A DNA stretch of 64,000 bases. Origin: an uncultured virus (IMG/VR IMGVR_UViG_3300024319_000011). Its lineage: Duplodnaviria; Heunggongvirae; Uroviricota; Caudoviricetes. Under the pieces are notes generated by a model. That model saw only the letters and a list, made by a program, of their open reading frames with translations. It ran no database searches and was not told the origin of the DNA. Positions 58,967 to 64,000 of this stretch are shown here, one piece after another. The stretch's first letter is position 1, and each line of letters opens with the position of its first letter. The DNA is taken from the IMG/VR virus record IMGVR_UViG_3300024319_000011, one strand, 5' to 3'. Position numbers and translations under genes: made by a program.

Positions 58967-59538
58967 TGGACTTTATTAAAGAATTAATTGAATCAAGAAT
59001 GTATCGTAGACTTGAACAAGTTAAAGGTACTGATGTGGCTACAATAGGCAGTCTAGTGTTTGATCACATGTTAATGTTAAGAGTTTTATATTATATTGAT
59101 AAAAAGAAAGCACAGCGGTATGCTAAAGATACAATGAAACAACAAAACTTTAGTGGCTTTAGACAGTCAATGACTGACTTATATAATTTCTTAACACTGG
59201 TTATTAGTCAACGTCAATATGCAGATAAGCTATTCAATGATTGGGATATTGTTATTCCAGAATTAAGAATCAAACGTGTTCTACGTGCTGTTGCAGATGG
59301 CGACATGGACGAAAGAGATTATGATTCGTTATTACTATTGTTAAGCAGACGTATTAAAAACTTAACCGGAGACCAAATGTGGTTACGTAGACTAGTGCAA
59401 GACTGGCAAAAACGTATCAGCAGAATGGACCAGACACAAGCAATGACTCGTATACTACAAACAGTTAGACGTCCTATTAATACTGACTTGTATATGGCAT
59501 TGCAATCATCAAGTAAAGTAACTCCAACAAATACATAA
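58966..59538 (+). CDS. Hypothetical protein with capsid-targeting-like start
   Basis: MDFIKELIE-SRMYR; translationally coupled. Confidence 0.65.
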   Translation: MDFIKELIESRMYRRLEQVKGTDVATIGSLVFDHMLMLRVLYYIDKKKAQRYAKDTMKQQNFSGFRQSMTDLYNFLTLVISQRQYADKLFNDWDIVIPELRIKRVLRAVADGDMDERDYDSLLLLLSRRIKNLTGDQMWLRRLVQDWQKRISRMDQTQAMTRILQTVRRPINTDLYMALQSSSKVTPTNT

Positions 59539-59780
59539 TGGCTAATTGGGCATACGTAATATTCGCCTGTGCTATGATAAATGGCGATCCACAATGTGAT
59601 CCAGAACCTGTATCTATAGTTGATAACTTCACTACTGAAACAGCGTGTACTGTCTTTGCAGTATTGTCCACAACAATGATTAATGACGATATGTACAAAC
59701 AAGGTATTACAGACAGTTGGGCAGTGCCATCACAGTGCCAGATTGTGCCCGGAGAAGCTGATAAATTCTTTGTATATTAA
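59538..59780 (+). CDS. Small 4-Cys hypothetical protein with hydrophobic N-terminus
   Basis: WAYVIFACAM...C...C...C; coupled start. Confidence 0.55.
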   Translation: MANWAYVIFACAMINGDPQCDPEPVSIVDNFTTETACTVFAVLSTTMINDDMYKQGITDSWAVPSQCQIVPGEADKFFVY

Positions 59781-59864
59781 TAAACTGTACTTAAAATAGT
59801 TGAATATTAGACTAAATAAGTGTAGGGAAAGAATAAATTCCCATATAACTAAGGAGATATTATT

Positions 59865-60116
59865 ATGGCAGTTTTAGCAGGTAAAGGAACAGTTTCACAA
59901 TCACAAGGCGTAGGTCCAAAAACTTACATCTATGCAATCACTACAGGTACAATTACAGTATCAGACGCATGTGACTCAATCACTACAACTTACTTCGGTA
60001 CAGTTGCGGCAGTTGAAGGTACAGCAGACGGCAACCATATTATGGTTCAAGGTGGACCAGGTGGTGCTGAAGCAGTTTCAGGTATTGCACTAGTAGCTAC
60101 ATTCGCTAACGCTTAA
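59865..60116 (+). CDS. Small late structural protein
   Basis: CTAAATA promoter, AAGGAG RBS, terminator downstream. Confidence 0.7.
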   Translation: MAVLAGKGTVSQSQGVGPKTYIYAITTGTITVSDACDSITTTYFGTVAAVEGTADGNHIMVQGGPGGAEAVSGIALVATFANA

Positions 60117-60142
60117 TTGAGTTAGACTAGTACTAAATTAAA

Positions 60143-60171
60143 GAGCCCTACTTTTTTAAGTGGGGTTTTTT
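60143..60171 (+). terminator. Rho-independent terminator
   Basis: GAGCCCTACTT/AAGTGGGGTTT stem plus T-tract. Confidence 0.7.
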
Positions 60172-60189
60172 ATTGGGTTAAATATCTAT

Positions 60190-60444
60190 ATGGAACAACA
60201 AGAACTGTTTAAGAAAGATACTACTCGTTGGATATATGAATCACCTGATGGTGGGTCAACTTTATATAGACGTAAAGCCAACGATCCTCATCACAAGCGT
60301 GAACTAGTTAAACAGTTAGATGATGAATTCAAAGATTATAGAGACTGGATGTATAAACAGGATTGGTCTGAGCTAAGTAAAAATTCAATGGTTAAAGAAT
60401 CTATAGATAAGTTGAGAGTGCTGGTAGAACTTATAAAAGAATGA
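60190..60444 (+). CDS. Hypothetical protein
   Basis: WIYESPDGGSTLYRR; start moved to the ATG 5 nt after TAAATA. Confidence 0.7.
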   Translation: MEQQELFKKDTTRWIYESPDGGSTLYRRKANDPHHKRELVKQLDDEFKDYRDWMYKQDWSELSKNSMVKESIDKLRVLVELIKE

Positions 60445-60860
60445 TCCGTTGTTACACATTAGTTGATATTACTCAGACCGGGTTTACTAGAAAGCCAAAA
60501 ACTCCTGAGCAGATTGTACAGCGTAATCAACAACGCAATTATGAAACATTTATACAGCTAATATCATTACGAAGCCAACCTCAACTAATTCACGCTCCGC
60601 AACAAATAGAAAATATTGATATAGGCGATTATGAGTTTGGTAGCTATTATATGCCAAGTATTTTTCAATATAACCTATGGATATTTGATTTTAACAGTGA
60701 TCACCTAGACTCGTATGCTACAGTCAACAACCCTGTGGGAAGTTTAACTAACGATTTCAATAACATACCTATAATCAGCGGATTGTCGGAGACTGCCAGT
60801 ATACAAGGGGTTATAAGCACCCATGGTGAACACCTCAACACTTATTTTCAGTGTTTTTAG
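60441..60860 (+). CDS. Hypothetical protein
   Basis: YTLVDITQTG...RNQQRNYETFIQLISLRSQP. Confidence 0.7.
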   Translation: MIRCYTLVDITQTGFTRKPKTPEQIVQRNQQRNYETFIQLISLRSQPQLIHAPQQIENIDIGDYEFGSYYMPSIFQYNLWIFDFNSDHLDSYATVNNPVGSLTNDFNNIPIISGLSETASIQGVISTHGEHLNTYFQCF

Positions 60861-60997
60861 ACTATTGTGATAAATAAAAACAAGAACTAGTTTAACTAGT
60901 AACAAAGCATTTACGATAACATTTTATAGGCACAAACAGGCTACTTTTAGGCACAACATAGTAAGATTGCTTTAATATCCTATTGGAGAAAAAAGCA

Positions 60998-61255
60998 GTG
61001 AGTACTACTCGAATTGAGAAAGAGAATTTAGAAGCCCACGTAGAGTTATGTGCCGAGAGGTATGATGCGTTGGAAACTAAATTAGACACAGTTGAAGAAA
61101 AAGTAAGTTCACTTGAAACCAGTGTAGGCGAAATCAAAGATATGATTACTCATCTTGATAGACGTCGTTCCACACAGTTAATCACTTGGGCAGGTACAGC
61201 AATTACAATGCTAATTGGCGTTGTTGGCTGGCTTTTAACAAAGTTTGTTTGGTAG
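60998..61255 (+). CDS. Coiled-coil protein with C-terminal transmembrane helix (holin/XhlA-like)
   Basis: LEAHVELCAERY heptads then LITWAGTAITMLIGVVGWLL; GTG start after GGAG. Confidence 0.6.
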   Translation: MSTTRIEKENLEAHVELCAERYDALETKLDTVEEKVSSLETSVGEIKDMITHLDRRRSTQLITWAGTAITMLIGVVGWLLTKFVW

Positions 61256-61260
61256 TCACT

Positions 61261-61746
61261 ATGACTACAGAAACTTCCTTTCGTAAACTAAAATCTCTCA
61301 CTACTCATAGTCTACAAAGTCTTTCTGCAAATATTATCGTCAAAGTTAAAGATGATTATATAGTTTTTAATCGCTACAAAATTTCCCCAACAGATCATGG
61401 TTACTATGAAGTATATCGTAACGACACTTTAGTACACGAGTTTACAAATAGTCGTAATGCGTTAGCATGGTGTATACTAGAAAAGCATGCAAGGATAGAA
61501 GATGCAAATAGCTTATTAGGTCAAGATAAAAAGATAGGGTGGCTTGAGCTAGATATTGATAGACAAACACAGATAATGAACACCACTCAAGATAATGATA
61601 GAAGAGCGTTGATGGCAACTAAAGTAACTAATAACATTCATGTAAGAGGTGATATTAAAATTAAGTTACAAGAGCAAATTGAATTGGCTAAATACTATCA
61701 ACAAAAAGGATTCGACAATGAAACTGCAAGAACTAGCAAAAAATAA
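61261..61746 (+). CDS. Hypothetical protein
   Basis: ORF filling the gap; ATG 61261 avoids overlap with the upstream gene. Confidence 0.6.
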   Translation: MTTETSFRKLKSLTTHSLQSLSANIIVKVKDDYIVFNRYKISPTDHGYYEVYRNDTLVHEFTNSRNALAWCILEKHARIEDANSLLGQDKKIGWLELDIDRQTQIMNTTQDNDRRALMATKVTNNIHVRGDIKIKLQEQIELAKYYQQKGFDNETARTSKK

Positions 61747-62545
61747 AATAAAACAGGTTGGCAAAATCATGGAAGGCCACTTTAATCGAGATATTAATGT
61801 GTCAAAACTATCAATGGAACAAGCAAAAACATTGTTAGCTAAGACATCTAACATAGTTGCTGAAGTACAGTCTAGCATTAACAGACACACAAGTGAAAGT
61901 AATCCAACATATCTCCAAGCACTAATGATGAAAGAAGCATTAGAAGCATATATTAAAGAAGGTACAGCTGAAACTAGAAATCCATATGCAGGCGGTACAG
62001 GAGAGCAAAAACATATTGCTCCAGGTGCAATGGCTCCAGCAGACATCAAAAAAGATGATGACGAAATGGAAGAAGCATGTGGCTCTACTCATAAAAAGAA
62101 AATGAAAGAGTACGGTAAGAAAAAAACTTACGAAGCTAAACAAATTAACGAAGCAGACGTTGAAGAAGCTCAAGTAACATTAGCGGCTCAAGACGTAGTT
62201 GATAGAATCCAAAAAATGTATGAAGATACAGCAGAAATGCAATATAAAGACTTACCTAACCTAGCACAAATGATGAAACAAGAGCTAGGCATTAATCAAA
62301 CACAGGCATACTATGATGCAACTAACACAGCAATTTCAACACTAGTTACTGCATTAGAGCAAGCAAAGACAGACTTAGAAAGTGCAATGGCTCCAATCAC
62401 AGGTGAAGAAACTATTAGCCCTGAAGAATTTACAGAACCAGAAGCAGATGTAGAAGATAACAGCACACCGCCAGAAATGGATGATGAAGAAGCAGTTATT
62501 GACGCACCGGAACTAGATACAGATTTAGGCAGAGAAAGAAGATAA
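61718..62545 (+). CDS. Acidic prohead core/scaffold-like protein
   Basis: MKLQEL start, CTAAATA promoter, AAGGA RBS, INE-ADVEEAQVTLAA, acidic tail. Confidence 0.55.
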   Translation: MKLQELAKNKIKQVGKIMEGHFNRDINVSKLSMEQAKTLLAKTSNIVAEVQSSINRHTSESNPTYLQALMMKEALEAYIKEGTAETRNPYAGGTGEQKHIAPGAMAPADIKKDDDEMEEACGSTHKKKMKEYGKKKTYEAKQINEADVEEAQVTLAAQDVVDRIQKMYEDTAEMQYKDLPNLAQMMKQELGINQTQAYYDATNTAISTLVTALEQAKTDLESAMAPITGEETISPEEFTEPEADVEDNSTPPEMDDEEAVIDAPELDTDLGRERR

Positions 62546-62865
62546 TGAAACTATTTGAGGTATATGGTTCAGAGCATGAGCTAGCGGCCTTAGTTCAGTA
62601 TCTTATCAGCCGTTCAGAAGATTTAGGCACTAAAGGAAAAGTAGGAACAGAATCTTTTCTTAAAATGGCAGATAATTTAGGTGTTAATGTGTCGATGTCA
62701 CAACTACAATCAATGGCACAACGACAGCCATTAAGCAATATGATTGCAGATGTTAATCCACAGCATGTTAGTTTTGATTTAACAAGCACAAAGAATCCTA
62801 CAATGAGTGTTGATAAAGCACGTAAAACAGTTGACTCCATGGCAAAACGAGCGATGAAAAGGTAA
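62545..62865 (+). CDS. Putative head-associated protein
   Basis: MKLFE start; translationally coupled. Confidence 0.6.
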   Translation: MKLFEVYGSEHELAALVQYLISRSEDLGTKGKVGTESFLKMADNLGVNVSMSQLQSMAQRQPLSNMIADVNPQHVSFDLTSTKNPTMSVDKARKTVDSMAKRAMKR

Positions 62866-62893
62866 ACTCAACATCAATCGTTGCTACTCCAGT

Positions 62894-62920
62894 AGCCCTA
62901 TCTTTTGGTAGGGCTTTTTT
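62894..62920 (+). terminator. Rho-independent terminator
   Basis: AGCCCTATC-TTTT-GGTAGGGCT plus T-tract. Confidence 0.85.
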
Positions 62921-62924
62921 ATGG

Positions 62925-62954
62925 TTGACATTCAGACAATAAATAGTATACAAT
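62925..62954 (+). promoter_or_regulatory. Overlapping sigma70-type and late promoters for the isc genes
   Basis: TTGACA-N18-TACAAT with ATAAATA (62939-62945) in the spacer. Confidence 0.55.
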
Positions 62955-62981
62955 AATACAATGTATTAAGGAAAAATATAT

Positions 62982-63362
62982 ATGGCATATTCAGATAAAG
63001 TTTTAGATCATTATGAGAATCCAAGAAATGTTGGATCTTTAGATAAAGACAGTAAAGATGTAGGAACTGGCATGGTTGGCGCACCTGCTTGTGGTGACGT
63101 TATGAAACTACAGATACAGGTAGAAGAAGGTGTTATCAAAGATGCCAAGTTCAAAACATATGGATGCGGTTCGGCTATAGCAAGTTCAAGTCTAGTAACA
63201 GAAATGTTAAAAGGTAAAACTATTGACCAAGCAGGTGATATTAAAAACTCAGCAATAGCAGAAGAACTAGCACTACCACCAGTTAAGATACATTGCTCTG
63301 TACTAGCAGAGGACGCTATCAAATCAGCAATAATTGATTACAAAGAGAAGAATTCTAAATGA
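62982..63362 (+). CDS. iscU: Fe-S cluster scaffold IscU
   Basis: [37 protein letters not shown]. Confidence 0.97.
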   Translation: MAYSDKVLDHYENPRNVGSLDKDSKDVGTGMVGAPACGDVMKLQIQVEEGVIKDAKFKTYGCGSAIASSSLVTEMLKGKTIDQAGDIKNSAIAEELALPPVKIHCSVLAEDAIKSAIIDYKEKNSK

Positions 63363-63688
63363 TAACAGTAACAGAGTCAGCAGTAAAAAAATTAAAAGAA
63401 ATACTAGCAGAAGAAAACAACCCTGATCTTAAAGTTAGAATGTTTGTTAGTGGAGGTGGGTGCAGTGGTATGCAATATGGATTCACACTAGAAGATCAAC
63501 CTGCAAATGAAGATGACTTTGATTTAGAAGTTGCACCAGGTGTACACATGTTAGTAGACGCAATGAGCGGACAGTATGTACAAGGTGCTGAAGTTGATTG
63601 GAAAGAGTCAGTACAAGGTGCACAGTTTGCTATTAGCAATCCTAACGCACAAACAAGTTGTGGATGTGGATCCAGTTTCTCAGTATGA
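63359..63688 (+). CDS. erpA: A-type Fe-S carrier ErpA-like
   Basis: [32 protein letters not shown]. Confidence 0.85.
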   Translation: MITVTESAVKKLKEILAEENNPDLKVRMFVSGGGCSGMQYGFTLEDQPANEDDFDLEVAPGVHMLVDAMSGQYVQGAEVDWKESVQGAQFAISNPNAQTSCGCGSSFSV

Positions 63689-64000
63689 TAACTTTAACAG
63701 ATAAAGCATACGAACGAGCGTTACATTCAATTCAATCAAGAGAAAATACTATAGGACTTCGTGTTGGAGTAAGAACAGCAGGATGTTCTGGACTTGCTTA
63801 TGTATTAGAGTTTGTTGACCAAATTGGTGAACATGACGAAGTGTTTGAGATTAAAGATGTTAAAATAATAATAGACAAGAAAAGTCTTGTATATCTTAAT
63901 GGATTAGAAATGGATTGGGTTAAACAAGGACTCAACGAAGGCTTTGAATTTAATAACCCAAATGCCAATGGTGAATGTGGCTGTGGGGAAAGTTTTACTG
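63685..64000 (+). CDS. iscA: A-type Fe-S carrier IscA (3' end truncated by window)
   Basis: MITLTDKA...[20 protein letters not shown]...[24 protein letters not shown]. Confidence 0.92.
   Translation, partial: MITLTDKAYERALHSIQSRENTIGLRVGVRTAGCSGLAYVLEFVDQIGEHDEVFEIKDVKIIIDKKSLVYLNGLEMDWVKQGLNEGFEFNNPNANGECGCGESFT

Noticed and set aside
62921..62945. IscR type-1 site upstream of iscU
   Set aside because: Only the left half (ATGGTTGAC) resembles it, and GGTTGAC is the usual -35 context of other promoters here (15276, 44821, 45408).
1..64000. Stop-codon reassignment, tRNA genes, integrase or att sites
   Set aside because: Genes tile densely under the standard code with TAA, TAG and TGA all used as stops; no tRNA cloverleaf or recombinase recognised by eye (tRNAscan not run).

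Overview
An AT-rich, densely coding segment of a large T4-like contractile-tailed phage genome, using the standard genetic code. Left to right it holds: tail-fibre and baseplate-associated genes (1-9.6 kb); neck, tail-terminator, sheath, tube, head-completion and terminase genes (gp13/14/15/18/19/4/16/17-like); a cassette of small proteins with T4-type capsid-targeting N-termini between the two terminase genes; gp32-uvsX-uvsY; a glycosyl/methyltransferase cluster (38-43.8 kb); early genes behind sigma70-type promoters; uvsW; a four-gene unit (Hint-fold-like, gp62-like, Zn-finger/gp59-like, miniature DnaE); primase, helicase and a radical SAM enzyme; a second head-protein cassette containing a two-domain nucleotidyltransferase; and iscU-erpA-iscA at the right edge. 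No tRNA, rRNA, CRISPR array, integrase, portal or major capsid gene was seen. The most unusual signals are: a putatively capsid-delivered Pol-beta-NTase/ligase-like fusion; a 194-aa catalytic-core-only DnaE in the same unit as an apparently inactive stand-alone Hint-fold protein; a consensus sigma70 promoter with two NrdR-like boxes 32 bp apart driving an unannotated 50-aa membrane peptide; an unannotated 10-Cys metallothionein-like peptide; a 3'-UTR hairpin loop complementary to its own gene's RBS; and repeated TAAATA-N5-ATG leaderless late starts. All family calls come from reading motifs by eye; no database searches were run.
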